Shown: positions 37,998 to 47,027, counted from the first letter of the stretch. The stretch is DNA of 64,000 nt from an uncultured Acidobacteriota bacterium (GCA_963772955.1 CAVYZF010000003.1:364799-428798); one strand, 5' to 3'. A program made the numbers and translations. The notes: a model not told the origin generated them from the sequence alone.

Positions 37998-38392
37998 TGC
38001 GGCCCTCCGTCTCCGGCCGAGGCGCCCGAGACGATACGGCCGTCCGCGAGCGTCACACGACGGGCATCCATCAGGTTCGACCCGTTCTTCGCGCGATACC
38101 CGTCCACCACGATCGTGTCGCCGAGTTTGAGATCACCGCGCTTGAACCCGCGCCGGCTCAGCGCCCCGGGGGCACCCGACTCACAGGTCCACTTCACCGC
38201 GTTTCCCTGCTCGTCCTTCGCATCCAGGTAGAAGTAGATATGCGGATTGGTCCACTCCACCTTGGACAGCGTCCCGGTGACGCGAATCGCTTTGCTGGCA
38301 TCGAACTCCGCCGCAAACGAATGGTGTGCGAGCAGTTGAGCGCCACTTGCCGTGGCGACCGCCACAACGAGGAGCAACAGAATCTTCTTCAT
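37994..38392 (-). CDS. DUF6152-like small periplasmic protein
   Basis: MKKILLLLVVAVATASGAQLLAHHSFAAEFDASKAIRVTGTLSKVEWTNPHIYFYLDAKDEQGNAVKWTCESGAPGALSRRGFKRGDLKLGDTIVVDGYRAKNGS. The signal, AHHSF start and OB-like pattern fit this family as I recall it. Confidence 0.65.
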   Translation of the reverse strand: MKKILLLLVVAVATASGAQLLAHHSFAAEFDASKAIRVTGTLSKVEWTNPHIYFYLDAKDEQGNAVKWTCESGAPGALSRRGFKRGDLKLGDTIVVDGYRAKNGSNLMDARRVTLADGRIVSGASAGDGGPQ

Positions 38393-38424
38393 GCCCTACA
38401 CCATACCCCCGGCTTACCCCCTTT

Positions 38425-38453
38425 TTGCGTTCCTGGCGGCTGGCAGGTAGAAT
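38425..38453 (+). promoter_or_regulatory. Sigma-70-like promoter of the cys leader/cysDNH operon
   Basis: TTGCGT (38425-38430), 17 nt, TAGAAT (38448-38453). The sORF ATG at 38463 lies 9 nt downstream. Confidence 0.55.
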
Positions 38454-38462
38454 CTAGTTTCG

Positions 38463-38534
38463 ATGTCCGCCCGAATCTGTCGCCTTTGCGTTTGCTGCTG
38501 TTGTAGCAGGACCTGTAATGGGTCCCCGAGGTGA
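38463..38534 (+). CDS. Polycysteine leader peptide (sORF, 23 aa)
   Basis: ATG TCC GCC CGA ATC TGT CGC CTT TGC GTT TGC TGC TGT TGT AGC AGG ACC TGT AAT GGG TCC CCG AGG TGA gives MSARICRLCVCCCCSRTCNGSPR*. It has 7 Cys, four of them consecutive (38493-38504). Confidence 0.65.
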   Translation: MSARICRLCVCCCCSRTCNGSPR

Positions 38535-38588
38535 CGATCCGGCAATTGGGTGAATAGCAGAACAACCCAGAAACACGCTACGCGATCG

Positions 38589-38620
38589 AAGCCCGGGGAA
38601 ACGAACCCGGGCTTTTTTAT
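38589..38620 (+). terminator. Intrinsic terminator 17 nt upstream of the cysD ATG
   Basis: aaGCCCGGG-gaaacgaa-CCCGGGCtt followed by a T6 run (38613-38618). Confidence 0.8.
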
Positions 38621-38636
38621 TGCTCGTCTTAGGAAT

Positions 38637-39575
38637 ATGTCGACAGTGACCCTGACCCCTAGCTCGACCGTCGCCTCCCGCCTCGACCATCTGCGGGCAC
38701 TCGAGGCGGAGAGCATTCACATCTTCCGCGAGGTCGTCGCCGAGTTCGAACGGCCGGTGATGCTCTACTCCATCGGCAAGGACTCGTCGGTCCTGCTGCG
38801 GCTTGCGCAGAAGGCGTTCTACCCGGGTCCGATTCCCTTTCCCCTGCTTCACGTCGATACCACCTACAAGTTCCGCGAAATGATCGAGTTCCGTGACGAG
38901 ATGGCCCGTTCTGTCGGCGCCCGGCTGATCGTCCACACGAACGAGGAAGCGATCGCGGACGGCACGCAGCCCTTCAAGGTCGGCACGCAGCGCTGCTGCG
39001 GCCTGCTCAAGACGAAGTCGCTGCTCGATGCGCTCCAGGCCGGGAACTTCGACGCGGCCATCGGCGGCGCCCGCCGCGACGAGGAGCGCTCGCGCGCCAA
39101 AGAGCGCATCTTCTCCGTGCGCGATCCGAATGGACAGTGGGACCCGAAGCGTCAGCGTCCCGAGCTCTGGACGCTGCTCAACGCGAAGCTGCGGCCCGGC
39201 GAGAGCATCCGGGTGTTCCCGCTCTCGAACTGGACGGAAATCGACGTGTGGAACTACATCCACGCCGAGAACATCCCGATCGTGCCGCTCTACTTCGCAA
39301 GGGAGCGCGAGGTGATCGTCCGTGGCGCCTCGCTCATCGTCCAGGAACAACCGTTCGTCGTGACGATGCCCGGAGAGAAGCCGCAGGTGGTCAAGTGCCG
39401 CATGCGCTCGCTCGGTTGCTCACCATGCACGGGCGCCATCAAGTCCGACGCAGATACGGTGCCCAAGATCATCGAAGAGCTGATCGCGACGCGCCAGTCC
39501 GAACGTCAGCTGCGCATCATCGATCACGACCAGGACGGCTCGATGGAGTTGAAGAAGCGGGAAGGCTACTTCTGA
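38637..39575 (+). CDS. cysD: Sulfate adenylyltransferase subunit 2
   Basis: Start [61 protein letters not shown] (ATG 38637). PAPS-reductase-like fold, ending ...[10 protein letters not shown]. Confidence 0.95.
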   Translation: MSTVTLTPSSTVASRLDHLRALEAESIHIFREVVAEFERPVMLYSIGKDSSVLLRLAQKAFYPGPIPFPLLHVDTTYKFREMIEFRDEMARSVGARLIVHTNEEAIADGTQPFKVGTQRCCGLLKTKSLLDALQAGNFDAAIGGARRDEERSRAKERIFSVRDPNGQWDPKRQRPELWTLLNAKLRPGESIRVFPLSNWTEIDVWNYIHAENIPIVPLYFAREREVIVRGASLIVQEQPFVVTMPGEKPQVVKCRMRSLGCSPCTGAIKSDADTVPKIIEELIATRQSERQLRIIDHDQDGSMELKKREGYF

Positions 39576-40908
39576 TGCCGGAACTGGGAACCCGGACCAT
39601 GGAATCCAGCCTCCTGAGAATCTGCACGGCCGGCAGCGTGGACGATGGAAAGAGCACGCTGATTGGGCGGTTACTCCACGATTCGCAGTCGGTCTACGAA
39701 GACCAGGTGGCGTCGGTCGCCAAGGCGTCGAAGAATCGCAACGCCGGGCCCATCGACTTCTCGCTGTTCACCGACGGCCTGCGCGCCGAGCGCGAACAGG
39801 GCATCACGATCGACGTCGCGTATCGCTACTTCGCCACCGCGCGCCGCAAGTTCATCCTCGCGGACACACCCGGTCACGAGCAGTACACGCGGAACATGGC
39901 AACGGGCGCATCAACCGCCGACGTCGCCATTCTGCTCATCGACGCGCGCAACGGCGTCCGGACGCAGTCGAAGCGGCATGCACGCATCGCACGCCTGCTC
40001 GGCATCACCAACTTCGTGCTCGCCATCAACAAGATGGACCTCGTCGACTTCGATCGCGAGGTCTACGAGAAGATCCTGGACGACTTCAGCGAGTTCCTCA
40101 CCGGCGCCGCGGTACATGCGATTCCGATGAGCGCGCTCGAGGGCGACAACGTCATCACGCGCAGCGAGCGCACGCCGTACTTCGACGGCCCCCCGCTGCT
40201 CGAGTTCCTCGAGACCGTGCAGGTCCATCGCAACCTGCCGGCGGCGCCGTTCCGCTTCCCGGTGCAGATGGTGCTTCGTCCCGACCACGAGTTCCGCGGA
40301 TACGCGGGGCAGATCGTGTCGGGCAGCGTCAGAACCGGCGATCGCATCACCGCCTGGCCCTCCGGCCGCAGCGCTCGCGTCAAGCGCATCGTCACCTACG
40401 ACGGCGACCTGGCTATGGGCTTCGCGCCGATGTCGGTGACGCTGACGCTGGACGACGAGATCGACATCAGTCGCGGCGACGTGCTGACGGTGGAACCGGC
40501 GTTCGTCGGACAGAAATTCGAGGCGGAGCTGGTGTGGATGGACGAGCGGCCGCTGGATCCGGGTCGCGTGTACCTGCTGAAGCACGGCACGCGCACCGTG
40601 ACGGCCGAAGTCAATCACGCGCTCGTGCTGAATCAGATCGGCAACGTCCAGATCTCGACGGCACGACCGCTCGTGTTCGATCGCTACGCTGAGAATCGCG
40701 CCACCGGCAGCTTCATCCTGATCGATCCGGCCACGCAGTTCACCTGCGGCGCGGGGATGATCACCGATCCGCTTGCGTGCGAGCCGTCGAAGTGCAGGGG
40801 GCGCCGCTCACGTTCGCTCAGCGCCTGGCGCACATCGCACGGCGGGCGGCGTCGGATGAAGAGGCCGCCGAGGCCGTGCGCAAGGCGCTCGAGGAGATGC
40901 TCACATGA
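39575..40908 (+). pseudogene. cysN: Sulfate adenylyltransferase subunit 1 (GTPase), apparent -1 nt frameshift in a G5 run near 40797-40801
   Basis: The ATG overlaps the cysD stop (TGATG). G-domain motifs GSVDDGKST, DTPGHEQY and NKMD are present, and the sequence is intact through ...TCGAGMITDPL. The original frame then runs Arg-rich with no stop until 41326. The neighbouring frame reads ...GAPLTFAQRLAHIARRAASDEEAAEAVRKALEEMLT* and stops at 40906-40908, overlapping the cysH ATG. Confidence 0.85.
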
Positions 40909-41577
40909 CCCGGGATTCGGGACTCGGGGTTCGAGATTCGAACCTCGTGAATCAAGCGAGACACACGGTCGAAGACGCGTTGGCCAGCGCCCAGACGCCC
41001 TGCATCACGTCGAGCTTTCAGGCCGAGTGCGTGGTGCTCACGCACATGCTGCGCGAGGTTCGTCCCGACATCCCGGTGCTGTTCCTCGATACGTTCCATC
41101 ACTTCGAGCAGACGCTGACCTATCGCGACGAGCTCAGTGCGCGCTGGGGATTGAATCTGATCAACCTTGCGCGCGCAGACGCCGAGCGTCGGGTTGTGGC
41201 AGGCCGAGAGCACTGAGGCGTGCTGCAAGCGTCACAAGGTGGAGCCGCTGTTCGCTGCACTCGAAGGCTACGACACCTGGTTCACGGCGCTGCGGCGCGA
41301 TCAGTCGCCGTCACGCGCGAACCTGAAGGAAGTGGAGCCGTTCAATCTCCCGGGGCGGACCATCTCACGCGTCGCGCCGATTGCTGGCTGGACGGCGCGC
41401 GACGTGTGGGCGTACGCGAAGGCGCACGACATTCCGCTGCTGCCGCTCTACGAACTGGGCTACACGAGCATCGGCTGCGAGCCGTGCACGGCACTGCCCT
41501 TCGATCCGGAAAACCCGCGCTCGGGCCGCTGGCAGGGCCAGAAGCTCGAATGCGGGATTCACATCCAGGCGAAGTAA
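40905..41577 (+). pseudogene. cysH: Adenylyl-sulfate (APS/PAPS) reductase, apparent +1 nt frameshift near 41166-41169
   Basis: The 40905 frame (...PVLFLDTFHHFEQTLTYRDELSARWGLNLINL) stops at 41216. The sequence continues in the 41167 frame (RAQTPSVGLWQAESTEACCKRHKVEPL...YTSIGCEPCT...KLECGIHIQAK*). The CC...CXXC cysteines suggest an Fe-S APS-reductase type. Confidence 0.85.
40909..40945. repeat. Tandem 7-nt repeat (GGGATTC-type, reverse orientation of the 6276 repeat) at the cysH 5' end
   Basis: Reads cc cgggatt cgggact cggggtt cgagatt cgaacc and encodes TRDSGLGVRDSNL. Confidence 0.7.
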
Positions 41578-41674
41578 TCCGGTCGTCAGTCCCGCGGTCT
41601 CCAGTCCTCGATCGTAGCGGCGGGTCTTTCCTGGCCTGAGCGCAGTCGAAGGCAGACCCGCCGTCGCCGAGCCG

Positions 41675-43317
41675 TCATCGGGCGCGCAGCTTCGAGAGTT
41701 CCGCGCTCAGCTCGTCGAGCAGCTTCTGCATTTCTCGACTGTCCAGCTGCGACGCCGCGCTCTTCGCGGAGAACTCCGACAGCGTCTTCTGCATGACTTC
41801 GATCTGCGCCTCGGCAGCGAGCGACTCGATTCGCATCTTCGCCATCTCGGCCTGCGCCTGACGAATCGCTTCCTGCTTGAGGCCCACGTCCGCAGTGGCG
41901 CGGCGCAACTCCTCGAAGCTTTCGGCGATCTGTTGCGTCGCACTCTTGATCAACTCGTGGATCGAGTCCGGATCCAGACCGAGCGGCTCCGCGGGCGGAG
42001 CCGGTGGCGCGGGAGGTGCCGGAAGTGCCGGCAAGGACCTGCGCGTTCGGCGGTAGCGGAGGCGCGGGCGCTGCAGGCGCTGAGCCCGGCGGCGCGGGCA
42101 CAGCGAACGGCGGAAGGCACCGGTGGCACGGGCGGCTGCGGTGGTTGAGGCCAGGGCTGGGCCTCGGGCTGCGGCGTGGGTTGAGCCTGCGGTTGCGACG
42201 TGGGCCGGCCCTGGGGCCGAGGCGCAGGCTGGGGCCGAGGCGCAGTGTCCTCCACCGCCTTGCGGTCGCGAACGGCAGACGGCAACACCGGAACCTGCGG
42301 CGGATTCGACTGCCCACTGTCCGATTGCAGTGACGTCACCAGCCCACTCGCATCGGCGACCGTCAGAGCTGGAGTCACCACGATCGCCGTGACGACGGCC
42401 AGCGCCGCTGCGATCGTCCACATGGTCGATCGACGTTCTTTCATCGGCGATTCCCCGAGCAGACGGCGGATCCGATCGACCAGCCGGCCTCCAGATGCAT
42501 TGAGCGAGAGCATGGGTTGGAGTCCTCTCAATTCTTCGAGTTGAGCGAGTGCTGCCGCATACGCCACTCGATTGCCGCCGGCCTCGACCACCATGTCGTC
42601 GCAGCAGTGCTCGCGTTCGATTCGAATCTGCCGCGAGCACCACCAGACTGCCGGGTGGTAGAAGAGAAGCGTTTCGACGAGCGACTGCAGCACGTTGACG
42701 AGGTAATCATGCCGGCGCACGTGAGCAAGCTCGTGCGCGAGCACGGCATCGAGGTACGCCGGCATCAGACCGGTGAGCACGCTCGCCGGAAGCAGGATGA
42801 CCGGTCGCAGGCAACCGACGACGGTCGGCACGCGAACAAGAGTCGATTCGAATACGCGCACGGGCCTGTCGATGCCGAAGCGGTGTGCGAGCGACTGCAC
42901 TCGAGCGATCACCGTCGCATCAACAGCTCGAGTCGCCCACTTCAGCCGCTCGACGCCGGCCCACGCGACGATGAGCCGCACGGAGAGCAGCAGAACACCG
43001 ACCAGCCAGACGACGACGGCAGCAGGCAGGAGACGATCGAGTGGCACCGGCGGGCCGACGTTGATTGAGGTTGCCGCGGCCGAGACGATGGCCAGTGAAT
43101 CCGATCCGCGATCGGCGAGCACTGCGACGAGGGGAACGATCAGCATCAGTGCGAGGCTGAAACACGCCACGGCGTAACGAACGGTGGGTCGCGCGCCGGC
43201 AAGCGCACGAAGCGCAAGCGCGGAGGCGATACCGATCACCGTGCCCTGCCAGACGAAATGAATCAGCGCCCAGCCAATCGATTGAACCAGCGGCATGTCG
43301 AGCAGCGGATCAGTCAC
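41675..43317 (-). pseudogene. BlaR1/MecR1-like M56 metallopeptidase sensor with Pro-rich linker and coiled-coil C-terminus (two apparent frameshifts in the Pro-rich region)
   Basis: HELAHVRRHD zinc motif and 4 TM segments. After ...PQPPQPPVPPVP (about 42115) the sensible sequence moves to PPFAVPAPPGSAPAAPAPPLPPNAQV. After about 42040 it moves again to LPALPAPPAPPAPPAEPLGLDPDSIHELIK...LDELSAELSKLRAR* (stop 41675). Confidence 0.7.
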
Positions 43318-43702
43318 GGTTCTTCTCCTCGTGCTCCTTCAACAGGCGTCGAATCTCACGGAGTTCGTCTGCGGAGGCCGGTTTCACCGCAAGCGCCTGC
43401 ATGACGAGCTGACTGGGCGAACCGCCAAATGCGCGATCGACCAGGTCTCGAATCAGGTGCCGCTGCGTTTCCTCCTGCGCGACCGCAGCCCGGTACAGAT
43501 GGACACGGCCATCCTCGTCACGGACGGCAACGCCCTTCTCCGTCATCAGCTGCAGCAGCTTCAGGGTGGTCGTGTAGGCGAAGTCGCGGTCGGCGGAGAG
43601 CACGTCATGGACCTGGCGGACGGTGCTCGGGCCGCGTTCCCAGAGGACGCGCAGGATGGATAGCTCGGCGTCGGTGGGTCGTGGAGTCGGGCGACGTGCC
43701 AT
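43310..43702 (-). CDS. blaI: BlaI/MecI/CopY-family transcriptional repressor
   Basis: MARRPTPRPTDAELSILRVLWERGPSTVRQVHDVLSADRDFAYTTTLKLLQLMTEKGVAVRDEDGRVHLY is the canonical winged-helix sequence of the family. It overlaps the M56 gene start by 8 nt. Confidence 0.9.
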   Translation of the reverse strand: MARRPTPRPTDAELSILRVLWERGPSTVRQVHDVLSADRDFAYTTTLKLLQLMTEKGVAVRDEDGRVHLYRAAVAQEETQRHLIRDLVDRAFGGSPSQLVMQALAVKPASADELREIRRLLKEHEEKNRD

Positions 43703-43715
43703 GTCCCGCAGTCTC

Positions 43716-43754
43716 CTACGATTAATTTCGTAGTGTCAACGAAATTCTTCGTAG
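43716..43754. promoter_or_regulatory. Two tandem 18-bp operator-like palindromes upstream of blaI
   Basis: CTACGAT-taat-TTCGTAG (43716-43733) and CAACGAA-attc-TTCGTAG (43737-43754). The centres are 21 bp apart, 14-52 nt upstream of the blaI ATG (43702). Confidence 0.55.
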
Positions 43755-43775
43755 CGCTGTTCTCGCGCCTGAAAC

Positions 43776-43795
43776 GGCGGGCCTGAAGGCCCGCC
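43776..43795 (-). terminator. GC-rich hairpin downstream of the 43816..44860 membrane gene
   Basis: GGCGGGCC-tgaa-GGCCCGCC is a perfect 8-bp stem, followed by a weak U tract (GTTTCAGG on the minus strand). It has the same stem family as the hairpins at 51239 and 51779. Confidence 0.4.
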
Positions 43796-43815
43796 GCTAC
43801 TGGATACTGCCTCCC

Positions 43816-44860
43816 CTACTGCTTACTTCGTAAGAGCGGCCAGAACCCAAGAAACACTGCGTGGTAGATGAGGAATGGGAACGTCACGCTGAGGAGTGCG
43901 TTGGCAATCCAGACCTCCCTGTCGTATGCCGGCGGTCCGGATGGCAGCGGTCCCGTGACCATCGGGATGAGAGAGATGTACAGGTGCGCAAGAATCAGCC
44001 CCACTGCCACGGCGGCGATCGTGTTCATCACGCCTTTGAGGGGCTGGGTCATGCGCGCGAAGAGCGAGTTCTGGAGCATGTTCAGGACGACGATCGATCC
44101 GAAGATGAAGGGCACCGAGACCTCGGTCAAGAAGGCCATCGGGTCTGCCCCGGCTCCAGTGACGCCGACCGACATCGCAACCGCCGCACCGATCAACGCA
44201 ATGGCGGTCCAGACCACGCCCAACACCGGCTGCTTCATGATGGCCGGTACCGATGTGAGTGGCCAGAGATCGAAGCAGAGCACGAGAAACATGACAGCGA
44301 GTGCCGTGACGTAGAACACCAGTGCAGACACGCCGTTGAACATGCCCCTTCGGCGCCGACTGGAGATACACCGGCGCTCCCTGCATGAAGTCGTAGTTGA
44401 AGAAGACTCGGAAGACGACGTACGTCACGACGTACGCCGCGATAAGCGTCAGCAAACCGCTCACGATCGGGTTCGAGCTCACCCGGTTGAACGGCCAGCC
44501 GCCCATCATGATCGTCAGCCAGAACGTCGTGGGCACGACGATGACCGCGTAGTGTGAGGGGATCGGTCCGGGCGGCGCTGCGCCCTCACCCACAAGCATG
44601 TGAACGAGCGGCGTGATCACCAGCGTCGCGACCACCGTGACCAACACCAGGATGACGCCCTTCGCTGGCTGACGCAATCCGCTCGCGAATGCGGGATTGC
44701 CGCCCCAGAGGACGACGGCGACGACCTGCATGGGAATGAGGCCCAGCATCGTGAACGCGATCCATCCCGCGAACGTCCCAAAATCGAAGAGCGAGATGAA
44801 CCCCAGAGCGATCGCCATCACGATGGCGCTCGAGAGCAGTCCAAGTGCGGGTTGAGTCAC
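43816..44860 (-). pseudogene. Polytopic membrane protein (~345 aa, ~10 TM), apparent frameshift at a G4 run near 44345-44348
   Basis: The N-terminal half is in the 43823..44860 frame (MTQPALGLLSSAIVMAIALGF...APVYLQSAPKG). The C-terminal half is in the 43816..44343 frame (MFNGVSALVFYVTALAVMFLV...FLGFWPLLRSKQ*). Both halves are hydrophobic and coding-like. After the junction, the first frame becomes Arg/His-rich. Confidence 0.6.
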
Positions 44861-44999
44861 AGAGTCCTCCTCGGTGAGGCGTGCGCACTACCTTGACGTG
44901 ATGTTGCGGGAGGCCGGGCCCCTGTGCGGGACCCGGCATGATGCGTGGGGAGTATAAAGCCTTCGTGGTCTGCGCGATCGTCGCGTCGTGGACTTCGTG

Positions 45000-45935
45000 C
45001 TAATTCCCTTTGAGCTCCTCGAAGATCACGCCGAAGTTCCCGCCCGGGCCGCCACGGCCACCGGTCAGGTTGTAGTCCTTGAACTTCTCGGGCAGCTTCA
45101 AGTCCATCATCGCCTGCTCCGGCGTCTTGCCGGCCTTGAGCGATGCGCGCGCGTGCTCGAGGAACAACCGGTTGAACTCACCGAAGTCGACGAGATCCTG
45201 GAACTTCATCAACACCGGCGAATGCCCGTTGATGACGATGTCGACGTTCCTGATACCCTTCGCGGCTTTCGCGATCGTCTCGGGATACGCGATGCCGCTG
45301 CCGCCGTTATTGCGATCGATAAGCGGCTGACCCTTGTTGGCAAACGCGTCACCGGCGTGCACGACGCGCGCGTTGCGGTACACGACGAACGTGTCGCCGT
45401 TGGTGTGCGCCGGGCCAAAGTAGTACAGGTCGATCGCGTCCTTCCCGCTAAGCAACGTCATCTTGTCCTTGTAGGTGCGATCGGGAAGACCGTGTCTGTT
45501 CAACGCCTCCTGGAACGCCGGCATCTTCTGCATGTTCGCGGCGGTGTTCTCCTGCGAGACAATCTCCACGCTCGCCGGAAAGAAGACGTTGCTCCCGTTG
45601 TGATCGCCGTGCGTGTGCGTGTTGATGATGTGCGTGATCGGCTTGTCGGTGACCGACTTGACCTGATCGAGGATGCCCTGCCCATTGTTGGGGTTCTTGG
45701 TGTCGACGAGGACGACACCCTTATCAGCGATGTACACGCCAGTGTTGCCGCCGGCGCCGAAGATGAAATAGAGATTGTCGGCAACCTTTTCGATCTTGCC
45801 GAGCGCCGGACCGCCACCGCCACCACGACCAGCCTGGCCTCCCGCGGCCGGCTGTTGTTGGGCGCCCAGATTCGCAGCCGCTGCCGCGACAACGCCCGCA
45901 ACCACGATCATGCCGAGCACATACGTGCGTCTCAT
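45000..45935 (-). CDS. Secreted MBL-fold metallo-hydrolase
   Basis: Start MRRTYVLGMIVVAGVVAAAAANLGAQ (ATG 45935). HxHxDH motif (NTHTHGDHNG). Confidence 0.85.
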   Translation of the reverse strand: MRRTYVLGMIVVAGVVAAAAANLGAQQQPAAGGQAGRGGGGGPALGKIEKVADNLYFIFGAGGNTGVYIADKGVVLVDTKNPNNGQGILDQVKSVTDKPITHIINTHTHGDHNGSNVFFPASVEIVSQENTAANMQKMPAFQEALNRHGLPDRTYKDKMTLLSGKDAIDLYYFGPAHTNGDTFVVYRNARVVHAGDAFANKGQPLIDRNNGGSGIAYPETIAKAAKGIRNVDIVINGHSPVLMKFQDLVDFGEFNRLFLEHARASLKAGKTPEQAMMDLKLPEKFKDYNLTGGRGGPGGNFGVIFEELKGN

Positions 45936-45956
45936 AGCGTCCCCTCTATGAAGAAC

Positions 45957-45982
45957 TCCAACTCCCAAGGTTCCAACTCCCA
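45957..45982. repeat. Direct repeat TCCAACTCCCA x2 (15-nt period) upstream of the MBL gene
   Basis: Copies at 45957-45967 and 45972-45982, 22-47 nt upstream of the ATG at 45935 (minus strand: TGGGAGTTGGA-n4-TGGGAGTTGGA). Confidence 0.5.
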
Positions 45983-46020
45983 CACGACACCCTGAGACAG
46001 CCGAAGTCCGGAGCCCGATT

Positions 46021-47017
46021 TCACCGCGCGAATTGTATCTTGTCTGACATCCCGTCTTCCCAGTTGCTCCAGCCCGACGTCATTCCATAGGGCACGCGCT
46101 CCAGCACCGCTTCGATTTCGTGCAGGAGCCCCTTCTCGACCTTGAACAGTTCCGCGATCTGCCACGTCCACGGCACCACGGGACCTGCCGTCACCGTGCG
46201 CCCGCCCGGGGTCTGGAACGTCCGTGAGGCACCCGCATCGTGATCGAAGAAGACGAACGCGAGCACGAGGCCGCGCTCCTCGTCGACGGCGACGTAGCGA
46301 CGGTCACGGATCCGGCTGACGAAGTGCAGCAACCCCGACTCGAACTGCTCGCGGCAACTCCACATTCCCGAGTAGTTGCTCGCCGTCTTCGGGTCGGGCT
46401 TCCCCTCGCCACCCTTGCTGGGAGCGTTGGTTGACCGGCCGCCGTTCTCGATCCGGTCACAGTCGTCGGCGAACGGATACTGTCCCTTGCCGTCGTTCAG
46501 TTGCATGCCGCTGAAGTACATGTTTGCGACGCGCACCAGTTCGGCGCGCGACACCCGATCGGCCGGCGGGGTCACACGGCTGAACGCAGGCCGCGGCTGG
46601 CCGAGCGCTTCGAATCCCTTGGCGCCGTTCTCGCTGCGCGCGACCATCGTCTCGATCTCACTGATGCGTCCCTGGTCAACCTTGAGCCGGGTCACGAGGA
46701 TGACGGGCGAGTTGGCCTCACGCATCGTGATAATCGTGGCCACCTGGCTCGCCGTCGTGTCCGGCAGGTGAATCTTGTAGGTGCCACGGCCCGAGACCGA
46801 GTTCCAGAAACCGTCACCCAGCTTGAGGCGCTGCCCGTTCTCGGTGAACTTCACGGTCGCCGACGCGAGCGGAAGCTTCGATGTGATCCTTCGCGACAAG
46901 CGCATCGAGGTACTGCTCCGCGATTCCTGTCAGGCACTCGCGGTCACACGTCTGAGCCGCTGCAAGGCCTGTCATCACGATCCACGCGGCAACCACCGCA
47001 ACTGCCTGAAGTCTCAT
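46021..47017 (-). pseudogene. Secreted hypothetical protein, apparent frameshift near 46880-46890
   Basis: The signal and N-terminus MRLQAVAVVAAWIVMTGLAAAQTCDRECLTGIAEQYLDALVAKD are in the 46814..47053 frame. The sequence continues as SKLPLASATVKFTENGQRLKLGDGFW... in the 46021..46905 frame. Confidence 0.55.
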
Positions 47018-47027
47018 TGCGCGTTCT

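Noticed and set aside
38455-38636. SAM or other known riboswitch in the cysD leader
   Set aside because: I could not recognise the conserved S-box/SAM-II core sequences. The polyCys sORF plus terminator explains the architecture better. A covariance-model scan (Rfam) would be decisive.
39137-41326. 729-aa ORF as a single large protein
   Set aside because: Its first 146 codons overlap cysD out of frame. Its last ~170 codons are Arg-rich nonsense overlapping cysH. Only the central part, from ATG 39575, is the CysN GTPase. I interpret it as cysN with a 3' frameshift.
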